DNA of 64,000 nucleotides from Candidatus Kapaibacterium sp. (lineage in GTDB: Bacteria; Bacteroidota; Ignavibacteria; Kapaibacteriales; Kapaibacteriaceae): assembly GCA_030833725.1 (NCBI GenBank), contig JAURGP010000005.1, positions 298-64,297 of the forward strand. Reading direction: 5' to 3'. This document shows positions 9,472 through 18,414 of the stretch, in pieces; position 1 is the stretch's first letter; every line of letters starts with the position of its first letter. The translations under genes were made by a program, and so were the position numbers. Below the pieces are notes generated by a model. That model ran no database searches, was not told where the DNA came from, and worked only from the letters and a program-made list of their open reading frames with translations.

Positions 9472-10263
9472 CTACCTGCCGTGAAACGATGGCGTACGCT
9501 TGTCCAGAAACGCCCGCGTGCCTTCTTTGAAGTCCTCACTACCGCATGTTCGACCGAAGATGCTGGCCTCGATGTACAAGCCCTCAAGTCCAGAAACATC
9601 GGCAGAGGCTTGCGCAGCTTCCAAGCAGGCATACAGGGCCAGCGGCGCTTTGGCAGCCAGCATCTGGGCGAAGGCCAGAGTTTGATCCAGAAGGTCTGCA
9701 GCGGCGTAGACACGATTGACGAGGCCGATACGCAGAGCTTCGGCAGCATCAATCATGTCACCGGCAAGTATCAACTCATATGCCTTTGCCAGTCCGACGA
9801 GTCTCGGTAGGCGCTGTGTACCTCCGTAGCCGGGAATGATTCCCAAGTTGATCTCAGGCTGACCAAAACGAGCAGAATCTGCTGCAAAGCGCATGTGGCA
9901 AGCCATGGCCAGTTCACATCCGCCGCCCAGGGCAAAACCGTTCACGGCGGCGATGACAGGCTTGCCGAGGCGCTCGATGGCGGTGAAGACAGCTTGTCCG
10001 CGCTCGGCGAAGAGTTTGCCTCCGACGGCGTCATTAGCGTGCAACTCCGCAATATCAGCGCCCGCGGCGAATGCTTTCGGGCCGCTTCCGGTAATCACCA
10101 CAACGCGCACGTTGGGGTCGTACTGGCACGTGGTGATGGCTGCATGCAATTCACGCAGTAGTTCCGCGTTCAGGGCGTTCAGTTTATCCGGGCGGTTGAG
10201 CGTAATGACGGCTACGCCAGCATGTCCATCAGTGGGGAGATCTAGGAGGATGGTGTGTGCCAT
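9472..10263 (-). CDS. Enoyl-CoA hydratase (crotonase)
   Basis: LNRPDKLNAL, AFAAGADI, VNGFALGGGCEL, FGQPEINLGIIPGYGGTQRL. Confidence 0.95.
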   Translation of the reverse strand: MAHTILLDLPTDGHAGVAVITLNRPDKLNALNAELLRELHAAITTCQYDPNVRVVVITGSGPKAFAAGADIAELHANDAVGGKLFAERGQAVFTAIERLGKPVIAAVNGFALGGGCELAMACHMRFAADSARFGQPEINLGIIPGYGGTQRLPRLVGLAKAYELILAGDMIDAAEALRIGLVNRVYAAADLLDQTLAFAQMLAAKAPLALYACLEAAQASADVSGLEGLYIEASIFGRTCGSEDFKEGTRAFLDKRTPSFHGR

Positions 10264-10300
10264 GAGTGTTCCTGTGGTGCGTCCGGTTGTGGATCTTGTG

Positions 10301-10308
10301 CAAAGCTA
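10301..10308 (-). promoter_or_regulatory. -7 promoter box TAGCTTTG for the crotonase-waaA operon
   Basis: Exact TAnnTTTG on the minus strand, 37 nt upstream of the ATG at 10263. Confidence 0.65.
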
Positions 10309-10366
10309 CGAAGGGTGCACCTGGTAGGCGTGTCTTCTACCGGTTGGTCGCTGTGCGAATGGCCGG

Positions 10367-10374
10367 TAACTTCG
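10367..10374 (+). promoter_or_regulatory. -7 promoter box TAACTTCG, 6 nt before ATG
   Basis: GTAACTTCG CACGGT ATG(10381). Confidence 0.6.
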
Positions 10375-10380
10375 CACGGT

Positions 10381-11727
10381 ATGCTCACACGTGCACTTTG
10401 GATGGTCGTTGCTGTAGTCCTCGCAGGATCGGTAGAGCTGTGTGCTTCGACGCCGACGCCAACACCGACGCCGAAGCTCACCATCAAGACTGAGCGCACG
10501 CTGGCCCCTGGGATCACCTATCGCGAGTACCGCACGAATGGTCGCCGACCATCCTTGGTGCACGTTGTGGCTGTCAACCGCACTGTAGCCGGCAATGCCA
10601 TCCGCGTTGTGAAAGCGATGAATCATGCCTTAAGCCGTGAACCGTTGGTTCCGATGGCTGATCGCTACGAAGTCATCAATGGTGATGCCGTCATGGCCAT
10701 GGTCAATGCCAACTTCTGGGCTGCCGTTCGCAACAATCCCATTGGTCCATGTGTCGTCGACGGGGAGGTGGTCGAAATGACGCCGCACAAGCAGTGGTCC
10801 AGTGCCTTCTTTGATGCCCGGAACCGTTTGTTGATTGACACCTTCCGCCTTCAGGGTTCCGTAACGATCGGCACTGCTCGATTGCCGATCGCCAGCACCA
10901 ATCGTCGGTCGGATTCAACGGGTGTTGTCGTGTACAATCAGTACGGCGGTAAGACTGTGCCGTTCATCACACCAGAACAGCTCGAGTGGCTCTGGCAGCA
11001 GTCGGCGTCCGAGCGTCGCACCATGGGAGATGATTCCACAGAGCAGGATGTCACCGAGGCTGATCTCCGAGCCGAGATGGCACGTGCTCATCTGGAGCAA
11101 AACCGGGAACATCCGATGGTGAAGATCCAGGTTCGGTACCTACGTTTCCCCAGCGTGAATCGAACCACTCCCTGTAGGGTGCTTGCCGTGGATACCGGTA
11201 TCGTATCTACGCCACTGCGCGGCGCCGTGATTTCGCTGCCACGATCAGCACTGGCAGGGCTCGTTCCGGAAGCTGGAGATACCGTCTTCTTGGAGTTCAA
11301 AACCAACATCCACGATCATCTACACTTCATGAATGCCATCAGCGGCACGCCTCGGCTGGTGCGCAATGGAGTTTCTGGTCACGAGGCCGCGCGTGAGGGT
11401 GTCACCGGAAAGCGCTTCATCCGACAACACCTTGCTCGTACTGCCCTTGGATGTGATGAAACGGGAGAGACCATCTACCTGGTGGCAGTAGAACCGTCCC
11501 GAAAGGATCGGAGCGCCTATGGTGCCACGCTGGCCGATCTAGCGGCGATCATGGAAGCTCTTGGCGCCCATGATGCCATGAATCTGGATGGAGGGGGCTC
11601 GACGGGTATGGTGGTCGAGAACCGCCACGCATTTTTCGACGAAGCCGTCGAGACGCGTCCTGTTTCGGTGGGGCTGGCCGTTGTGCGGTTGCACCACGTG
11701 TTGCGTGCCCATCAGTATAGCAAGTAA
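10381..11727 (+). CDS. Phosphodiester glycosidase family protein (NAGPA/DUF2233-like), exported
   Basis: Signal peptide, NANFW, ISGTPRLVRNG, ARTALG, AMNLDGGGST. Confidence 0.85.
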   Translation: MLTRALWMVVAVVLAGSVELCASTPTPTPTPKLTIKTERTLAPGITYREYRTNGRRPSLVHVVAVNRTVAGNAIRVVKAMNHALSREPLVPMADRYEVINGDAVMAMVNANFWAAVRNNPIGPCVVDGEVVEMTPHKQWSSAFFDARNRLLIDTFRLQGSVTIGTARLPIASTNRRSDSTGVVVYNQYGGKTVPFITPEQLEWLWQQSASERRTMGDDSTEQDVTEADLRAEMARAHLEQNREHPMVKIQVRYLRFPSVNRTTPCRVLAVDTGIVSTPLRGAVISLPRSALAGLVPEAGDTVFLEFKTNIHDHLHFMNAISGTPRLVRNGVSGHEAAREGVTGKRFIRQHLARTALGCDETGETIYLVAVEPSRKDRSAYGATLADLAAIMEALGAHDAMNLDGGGSTGMVVENRHAFFDEAVETRPVSVGLAVVRLHHVLRAHQYSK

Positions 11728-12947
11728 GGAAGACGCCGCAGAAGAAAGTCCTGTACACCGATCTGTGACGAGGCACGCAGTTGCGGCAGGGATGTCCCGG
11801 ACTGTAGCAGGTTCAACCAGCGACGAGACCCGGATGTTTTGACAAACATCTGTCCGGCATTGCCCTGCACAACGCTTGGCGACAGGGCTGCCGGATACCT
11901 GTTGCGAAAGCTCTGCAACAGTATCAGGGCAGCATCAAAGGGCTTGAAGGCGGAGTCGTCAGCAAAGGCCAGATGGTAGCCGATGCACTCCCGCTTGGCG
12001 AACTTACCAGCTATGGGCACAAATCGACCGGCACGAGCGATCACGCCACAGGAAGCAAGATCGCGTACCAGCGAGGCCTCTTGCTGGGGTGGAAGGGAGT
12101 AGTCTGGTGCACCGATCATCGTAAATGGTCCCGAGGTTCCGATCCCAATCGACGCAAGCCCAAGTTCACCTAACAGCCCAACCACTGGATATCCCCTTGC
12201 AGCCGAAATCGTCGGGATGTTCGGTGACGTGGGATACCAGTGCAGTCCGGTATCTTCCCACCGCATCGTGCGTGTCCAGCCGGTGCAGGCAATCACGACC
12301 ACAGAGCAGCGTTGTGGCGTGCCATCACCACGAGGCTGCAGCCACCCCTCTGTAGAAACCATCTGCGCTAGTTCACCCATCGTCATGCCGTGGACGTATG
12401 GAATGGGGGCGCGGCAGACGAAGTTTCGAACGTCGGCATCTGGCACCGACCCGTCGACGACCATCCCACCGAGGGGGTTGGGACGATCTAGGATCATCAC
12501 CGGTGTGCCTACATCAGCACAAGCTTCCATCACTTCAATCATCGTGCTGATGTAGGTGTACGATCGCGTCCCGATATCCTGAAAGTCAACAACCACAATG
12601 TCAGCGTCTCGAATCATGGCAGGTTCAGGTCGGCGCAGTCGCCCGTAGAGCGACACCACCGGTGTACTTCCAACGGTGTCATCCGCCACATGATCTCCGG
12701 CCCGCACCACACCATAGTAACCGTGTTCTGGAGCCAGCAATCGTAGCACCTGAACCCGAGGATGGGCGATGAGCTCTTCAGCCGTACTTCGTCCGGTATG
12801 GGCTCGGGCAGCAGCATGCGTTACGAGCACAATCTTCTTGTCGGCCAACGCCTCCATGTTCGTGGCAAGCAGCACATCGATGCCAGGACGCACCGTGCCA
12901 GCCAGCGCGATGGGAGTCATGAACACCAACAGAAGGTAGACGATCAT
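11712..12947 (-). CDS. Exo-beta-N-acetylmuramidase NamZ family (DUF1343)
   Basis: PGIDVL, APEHG, SLYG, DFQDIGTRSYTYISTM, LDRPNPLGG, HGMTMGELA, PTSPNIPT. Confidence 0.92.
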   Translation of the reverse strand: MIVYLLLVFMTPIALAGTVRPGIDVLLATNMEALADKKIVLVTHAAARAHTGRSTAEELIAHPRVQVLRLLAPEHGYYGVVRAGDHVADDTVGSTPVVSLYGRLRRPEPAMIRDADIVVVDFQDIGTRSYTYISTMIEVMEACADVGTPVMILDRPNPLGGMVVDGSVPDADVRNFVCRAPIPYVHGMTMGELAQMVSTEGWLQPRGDGTPQRCSVVVIACTGWTRTMRWEDTGLHWYPTSPNIPTISAARGYPVVGLLGELGLASIGIGTSGPFTMIGAPDYSLPPQQEASLVRDLASCGVIARAGRFVPIAGKFAKRECIGYHLAFADDSAFKPFDAALILLQSFRNRYPAALSPSVVQGNAGQMFVKTSGSRRWLNLLQSGTSLPQLRASSQIGVQDFLLRRLPYLLY

Positions 12948-13870
12948 GTGCGATCCCGTTGTGATCGTGGATGGAAGAGTGCATGCACTTCACGAATGTA
13001 CTCGCGGTCGACGTGCGTGTAGATCTGCGTGGTACCGATGTCGGCATGACCCAACATCTCCTGCACGGCCCGGAGATCGGCTCCACCCTCTAACAGATGC
13101 GTCGCAAAGGAGTGCCGGAACATGTGCGGATGAACGTGGACGTCGATTCCCGCTCGTCCGGATGCCGTCTGGATCATATTCCACACCGACATTCGCGAGA
13201 GTGGACGTCCACGTTGGCTTAGAAACAGGATGTCGTCGGTATCGTAGTTCCGCAGGAAGAGTGGGCGTACCTCATGGATGTAGCGCTCGATCCACTGCAG
13301 CGCATGCGCGCCAACGGGCACCAAGCGCTCTTTCGATCCTTTGCCGAAGACGAGAAGAACACCGGCGTCCACGTGGAGGTCTCGTTGCCGAATCCCAAGG
13401 AGCTCGCTCACACGTAGTCCGCACGCATAGAGCGTTTCGAGCATCGCCCGATCACGAATGTCGGCAGGACGAATAGGAACAGTACTATCGGCCGATGGCG
13501 TCGTTGCTTCAATCAAACGGATCATCTCCTGTGCACTCAAACACGTCGGAAGTGCGCGTCGACTTTGAGGTACATCGAGCGTTGCCGTCGGATCGGTGTT
13601 CATGGCCCGGATACCCGACAGCCAGGCATACATCTGCTTGATCGACGAGATGTACCGCGTGCGTGTCGAGGCCGACAAGCCCATCTCATGCAGAAAGGAC
13701 AGAAAGCCTGTCAGGTGCCTGCGCTCTGCATCCGTGAAGCTCTCCAGCCCTGCTCCAGTAAGGTATTCGGCAAGACGCCGTACATCCCTTTGATAAGCCT
13801 CTACGGTATGCTCTGCCGCTCCTCGCTCTAGGCGGAGGAAGGCGGTGAATCCAGTAATGGACCGCGTCAT
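12944..13870 (-). CDS. xerD: Site-specific tyrosine recombinase XerD (alternative start 13918)
   Basis: TVEAYQRD, RDRAMLETLYACGLRVSEL, GKGSKERLVP, HPHMFRHSFATHLLEGGADLRAVQEMLGHADIGTTQIYTHV. Confidence 0.92.
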   Translation of the reverse strand: MTRSITGFTAFLRLERGAAEHTVEAYQRDVRRLAEYLTGAGLESFTDAERRHLTGFLSFLHEMGLSASTRTRYISSIKQMYAWLSGIRAMNTDPTATLDVPQSRRALPTCLSAQEMIRLIEATTPSADSTVPIRPADIRDRAMLETLYACGLRVSELLGIRQRDLHVDAGVLLVFGKGSKERLVPVGAHALQWIERYIHEVRPLFLRNYDTDDILFLSQRGRPLSRMSVWNMIQTASGRAGIDVHVHPHMFRHSFATHLLEGGADLRAVQEMLGHADIGTTQIYTHVDREYIREVHALFHPRSQRDRT

Positions 13871-13931
13871 AGCCCCGGAAACGGCTCCGGCCGCGGCCCC
13901 AGCCCCAGCCCCAGCCATGGCCCCAGCACGC

Positions 13932-16070
13932 TCAGGACGCTGCATCCGCGGACGACTCTGGAGTTTCTGCAGAAGTGGCATAGCGCACTCGTTTGTGCGA
14001 CATACCAAGCAAGCTCTTGACAAAGGACGACCGAATCACGTCCAGATCATGCAGTGTGAGCGGAACATCGCGTAGTTGTCCGTCCATCATGCGGTCAATC
14101 ATGATCGTTTCCACCGCCTCAGAGAGCGTCTTGCGGCTGGAGGTATCCTCGAGCCGTGACAGGGCCTCTACGGCATCAGCCATCATCACGATCGCCGTTT
14201 CCTTGGAGTTGGGTAGGGGGCCTGGGTAGCGGAAATCCGACTCATCCACGTGGGCGCCCTGTGCCTGCGATTCCTCAATGGCAAGAGTGTAGAAGTGTTT
14301 GATCAGCATGGTTCCGTGATGCATCGGAATAAAGGACCAGATACGCTCCGGTAGGCGATACTCACGAGCCAGTTCAATACCGTCCTGGACGTGCTGACGA
14401 ATGATTGCTGCACTCTTCTTGGGAGGAAGGCGGTCGTGCTTGTTGCCGATGTTCATCTGGTTTTCCACGAAGTACTCGCTCTTCTCCAGCTTTCCGATAT
14501 CGTGGAAGTAGGCTCCAACTCGAGTGAGCAGGGTATTGGCGCCAATGGCGCTAGCAGCAGCTTCAGCCAGTCGTGCTACCGCCATGGTATGCTGATAGGT
14601 TCCAGGTGCCTGCTCGTTGAGCTTCTGAAGCAGGGGATGATTCAGATTGTCGAACTCCTCCAGCCGCATATCCGTCGCCACGTTGAACATGCGCTCAAAG
14701 ACAATGATCACGGCAAACGTGATCAACGGCGACAGGACGGCGTTTGCCGTGGCCATCAGCAACTTTGGCCACATCGCCTCGACTGGTGTTGCACGCTCCA
14801 GCTCTACGGCCAGTGTTGCGATCACCAATCCGATAAAGATGGCAAAGATGGACGTGAAGATCTGGGTCCGATTGCGCACATGTTGCGTACTGTAAATGGC
14901 CAGGACGCCGCCTGAAAGGAGGACGAGAACGATACCGAAGTCGTTGCCTCGTGCCACGCCAACGGCGAGTGCCATTGCCATCGTGAGGACCAACGCCGTA
15001 CGCGCCTCGTAGAGGATGGTGATGATCATTGATAGCGCCGGAACCACGATCACGTACTCGTACGGAACCACCGACTCCAGTCGGGCCGAGATCCACGCCA
15101 GGAGAGCCGTCAGAACTGGCAAGGCTAACAGGCTTCCCAGTTGACCAATACGCTCGAAGCTCGTAGGTCGCAGGATGATGAGGTACAGCACCACAAAGGC
15201 TGCGATGAGTGCTGCATGGCCTAGGCTACCCAGAACCATGAAAAGCGACACCGGTGAATCCGAGCGCAGGTATTGGGCATAGCGGTAGCTGGCAAGACGT
15301 CGCAAGGTAGCCTCATCCAACCGTTGCCCTTTGACTACCAGCACATCGTTTTGGCGAACAATCTCGATGGTACTTGGAACAGCTTGCGCAGCGGCCCTCT
15401 GAGCCTGCGCCGTTGCGCTAGGTTCAACCGTGATCGAGGGCTGTACAAGCGGTAACAGCACCGTTCGTAACTCGTCACGAACGGCTGGAGAAGCCGTCGA
15501 TGTTCGTTGGCCAATGAGCTTCTTGAGTCGCTGGACGTCGGTGAGTTGTGCCACATCGACGACAACATCGGTCGCATCTGTTCGCTGGATCACGACAGCC
15601 GCTGCTTGAAGACTGTCCACGGAGCGATCGAGGATGTATCGCTGGGCAAACATCTCCACAAGCTCAGCCCAGTGGAGTCGTAGCCACTGTTTACCGTCGG
15701 TCGACACCATCTCCGATGCTTGCTCCAGACGGCTTGGAGCACTGGCCACAACAGCCACTCTACAGATGGGTGGCGACGATCGCCGTGCAGAGTCTTGCTC
15801 GCGCTGTAGCTCCACGGGATCCTTCATCACGGGGAAGGTGTAATCGGCTACGACATCGTCCTGGGTCCACGTAGTGCCTAACAGCGATACGTCATAGCGA
15901 CCCGACTGCGTCTCCAACCCCGAGCGAGGAAAGGCAAGGGTCATCACCACCACGGCTACGGCAACAAACGACCATCGCACCACGGGGCTGTTCCATGGTG
16001 TGGAGGGGGCTCTGCGTTGCGCATCTTCGTCGCGGATCTGCGCAAACAGTGATTTCGTCTGCTTTGCCAT
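13932..16070 (-). CDS. 7TM-HD phosphohydrolase (PgpH-like cyclic dinucleotide phosphodiesterase family)
   Basis: N-terminal TM, extracytoplasmic domain, about 7 TM helices, APGTYQH, FHDIGK, FVENQ, HHGT, FRYPGP, ADAVEA. Confidence 0.9.
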   Translation of the reverse strand: MAKQTKSLFAQIRDEDAQRRAPSTPWNSPVVRWSFVAVAVVVMTLAFPRSGLETQSGRYDVSLLGTTWTQDDVVADYTFPVMKDPVELQREQDSARRSSPPICRVAVVASAPSRLEQASEMVSTDGKQWLRLHWAELVEMFAQRYILDRSVDSLQAAAVVIQRTDATDVVVDVAQLTDVQRLKKLIGQRTSTASPAVRDELRTVLLPLVQPSITVEPSATAQAQRAAAQAVPSTIEIVRQNDVLVVKGQRLDEATLRRLASYRYAQYLRSDSPVSLFMVLGSLGHAALIAAFVVLYLIILRPTSFERIGQLGSLLALPVLTALLAWISARLESVVPYEYVIVVPALSMIITILYEARTALVLTMAMALAVGVARGNDFGIVLVLLSGGVLAIYSTQHVRNRTQIFTSIFAIFIGLVIATLAVELERATPVEAMWPKLLMATANAVLSPLITFAVIIVFERMFNVATDMRLEEFDNLNHPLLQKLNEQAPGTYQHTMAVARLAEAAASAIGANTLLTRVGAYFHDIGKLEKSEYFVENQMNIGNKHDRLPPKKSAAIIRQHVQDGIELAREYRLPERIWSFIPMHHGTMLIKHFYTLAIEESQAQGAHVDESDFRYPGPLPNSKETAIVMMADAVEALSRLEDTSSRKTLSEAVETIMIDRMMDGQLRDVPLTLHDLDVIRSSFVKSLLGMSHKRVRYATSAETPESSADAAS

Positions 16071-16087
16071 AGTGCGTACCCTGTGGA

Positions 16088-16876
16088 CTAGCGTCCTTGG
16101 AATGTGGCTGCGCGCTTTTCAAGGAAGGCTTGCACCCCCTCGGCATAGTCGTAACTCTCACCGGCACGCTGCTGGTAGTCTGCCTCGAGGTCCAGCATTT
16201 CCGACAGCGACAACTGCATGCCCTGTTGTAGAAGCTGCTTCACAAAGCCATAGGTCTGTGTCGGGCCTTGCGCGTACTGGAGCGCCAGTGATCGCAGCGA
16301 GGCACGAAAGGCCTTGGGATGAACCACGGCGTTCACCATGCCAAGTCGATGGGCTTCTTCAGCAGTGATGGGCTGATTCAGGGTTGCAAACTCGAAGGCG
16401 CGACTGTATCCCATCATCCGAGGATACAACCAGGTGGCTCCAGAGTCTGGAATCAGTGCAATGGCGATGAAGGCTTCAACGAAACGCGCCGAGGAACTCA
16501 TCACGCGCAGATCTGCGGCAAGAGCCAAGGATAGTCCAGCACCAGCGGCCACACCGTTGATACCGGCGATGACGGGTTTCGGCATCTGCTGCATCGCGCG
16601 GATAATCGGATTGTACCGGCGCTCCAACGAATCACGGAGGCTGCGTTTGCCACCACCGCTAGGAGCGTCCTTCAAGTCCTGGCCAGAGCAGAAGGCTTTG
16701 CCTGCACCCGTGAGCACAACGCACCTCACATCTGGCGACTCATGCATGACGGCGAGCGCTGATTGCAGATCGGTCGTCAACTGCTCATTTGCTGCATTGA
16801 AAACGTCTGGTCGGTTCAGCGTGATCGTGCCAATGCCATCGCTCACATCTACAAGGAGTGTCTCATAGTTCATCAT
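16088..16876 (-). CDS. Enoyl-CoA hydratase/isomerase, PaaG-like
   Basis: AFCSGQDL, YNPIIR, INGVAAGAG, LIPDSG; ATGA-coupled to the upstream crotonase. Confidence 0.88.
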   Translation of the reverse strand: MMNYETLLVDVSDGIGTITLNRPDVFNAANEQLTTDLQSALAVMHESPDVRCVVLTGAGKAFCSGQDLKDAPSGGGKRSLRDSLERRYNPIIRAMQQMPKPVIAGINGVAAGAGLSLALAADLRVMSSSARFVEAFIAIALIPDSGATWLYPRMMGYSRAFEFATLNQPITAEEAHRLGMVNAVVHPKAFRASLRSLALQYAQGPTQTYGFVKQLLQQGMQLSLSEMLDLEADYQQRAGESYDYAEGVQAFLEKRAATFQGR

Positions 16877-17658
16877 CGTCCCTTCCATTCCGGTGTGCGC
16901 TTATTCACAAAGGCATCCATACCTTCTTTTTGGTCGTCGGTGGCAAACAGGAGGTAGAAGTTCTTGCGCTCAAACTCCAAGCCCCCTTCCAGCGTGGTAC
17001 TAAAGGCCTTGAGTACGGCTTCCTTTGCCAGGCGGGTTGCCATTGGTGCCTTGGTGGCGATTTCCGAGGCTAAGGCTAGTGCCTCATCGAGGTACATCGC
17101 CGCAGGTACCACGCGATTGACCAAACCGGCCTCCAAGGCCCGTCGCGCACTGATCGTCCGGCCCGTCAGCACCAGCTCCATGGCTAAGGCCTTGCCCACG
17201 GCGCGCGTCAATCGCTGCGTGCCTCCAGCTCCGGGCATCACGCCAATGTTGATTTCCGGCTGACCAAACTGAGCTGTTTCAGAAGCTACGATCATGTCGC
17301 AGAGCATGGCCAGTTCGCAGCCACCTCCAAGTGCAAAGCCACTCACGGCGGCAATCGTTGGGGTTTTTGTCTGCCGAATGCGCTCCCAACGAGCAAACTG
17401 ATCTCGCTCAAGCATTGTGACGGCTGAAGCATCCGACATCTCTGTGATATCTGCGCCGGCAGCAAAGGCACGTGCGTCACCGTGGATCACAATACACCGG
17501 ATGTTGGGATCAGCGTCGAATCGCTCAAAGGCATCCACCAGCTCGATCATTGTCTGCAGACTGAGAGCATTCAGCACCTTCGGGCGATTGAGCCGAATGG
17601 CGCCTACATGACCACCCGGTTCGTATGTCTCAATACAGCTGTATTCTTGTGCTGTCAT
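16873..17658 (-). CDS. Enoyl-CoA hydratase, PaaF-like
   Basis: LNRPKVLNAL, AFAAGADI, SGFALGGGCEL, FGQPEINIGVMPGAGGTQRL, DQKEGM. Confidence 0.92.
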   Translation of the reverse strand: MTAQEYSCIETYEPGGHVGAIRLNRPKVLNALSLQTMIELVDAFERFDADPNIRCIVIHGDARAFAAGADITEMSDASAVTMLERDQFARWERIRQTKTPTIAAVSGFALGGGCELAMLCDMIVASETAQFGQPEINIGVMPGAGGTQRLTRAVGKALAMELVLTGRTISARRALEAGLVNRVVPAAMYLDEALALASEIATKAPMATRLAKEAVLKAFSTTLEGGLEFERKNFYLLFATDDQKEGMDAFVNKRTPEWKGR

Positions 17659-17694
17659 AGCCACGTCGTTCCGTCGTGATAGTGATTGAACCCA

Positions 17695-17702
17695 CGAAGT
17701 TA
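17695..17702 (-). promoter_or_regulatory. -7 promoter box TAACTTCG for the paaF-like to namZ gene run
   Basis: CGTAACTTCG on the minus strand, 36 nt upstream of the ATG at 17658. Confidence 0.55.
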
Positions 17703-17718
17703 CGTGATGAACAACATC

Positions 17719-18414
17719 ATGAATCATGTGTTTTGCCATACACTGACGGCCACAAGTGATGCCATCCCTGCGACGGATGCCGTGCGTCGTCACTTAGATG
17801 CCATGCGCATCCGCGACGGGGAGCAGGTGCGTGTCTTCAACGGTCGGGGAGTAGTCAGTGTGGCCATGGTCGAGAGGCAGGGCGGGAGCGTGGTACTGCG
17901 TGCCATGTCGCATACCGTAGTGCCAATGCCGCCACCACTGCGACTGGCTTTCGGTGTGCTCGATCACCGGGATCGTCTGGAGTTCGCCATTGAAAAGGCC
18001 ACGGAGTTAGGTGTAACACATCTGTTCCCACTTTCCTCTGATCACGTGCAGTTTCGGAAGTGGTCGGACGAGCGTGCTCAGGCCAAGATGGTGGCTGCGC
18101 TCACACAGAGTGGACAGGCGTGGTTGCCCCAGATTGCCCAGCCCAGTACGGTTGATGCATTGCTGAATACTCTGCCAAGTGAGGATACCATCATTCTTGG
18201 ATCCGATACCGGCGGTGCCGTCCATGACGTGCAGTCTACGTCGGGGACGACCGTTTGTGTGGGGCCTGAAGGGGGCTTCTCTCAGCGGGAACTGGATCTC
18301 TTCACGGCGGACCGTCGGACGATCCAGATAGCAATCGGCCGCTCCCGCCTACGGGCAGAAACGGCCGCTGTTGCATTATTGGCTGCGTGGGTTGGCGTGC
18401 AACCCCTTCGTTAG
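17719..18414 (+). CDS. rsmE: 16S rRNA m3U1498 methyltransferase (start uncertain, 17707 possible)
   Basis: EKATELGV, QSG, VGPEGGFS, RLRAETA. Confidence 0.93.
   Translation: MNHVFCHTLTATSDAIPATDAVRRHLDAMRIRDGEQVRVFNGRGVVSVAMVERQGGSVVLRAMSHTVVPMPPPLRLAFGVLDHRDRLEFAIEKATELGVTHLFPLSSDHVQFRKWSDERAQAKMVAALTQSGQAWLPQIAQPSTVDALLNTLPSEDTIILGSDTGGAVHDVQSTSGTTVCVGPEGGFSQRELDLFTADRRTIQIAIGRSRLRAETAAVALLAAWVGVQPLR

Noticed and set aside
12944-13870. Tyrosine recombinase as a prophage or island integrase
   Set aside because: Motifs and length match housekeeping XerD, it sits within a core operon, and there are no att sites or cargo genes.
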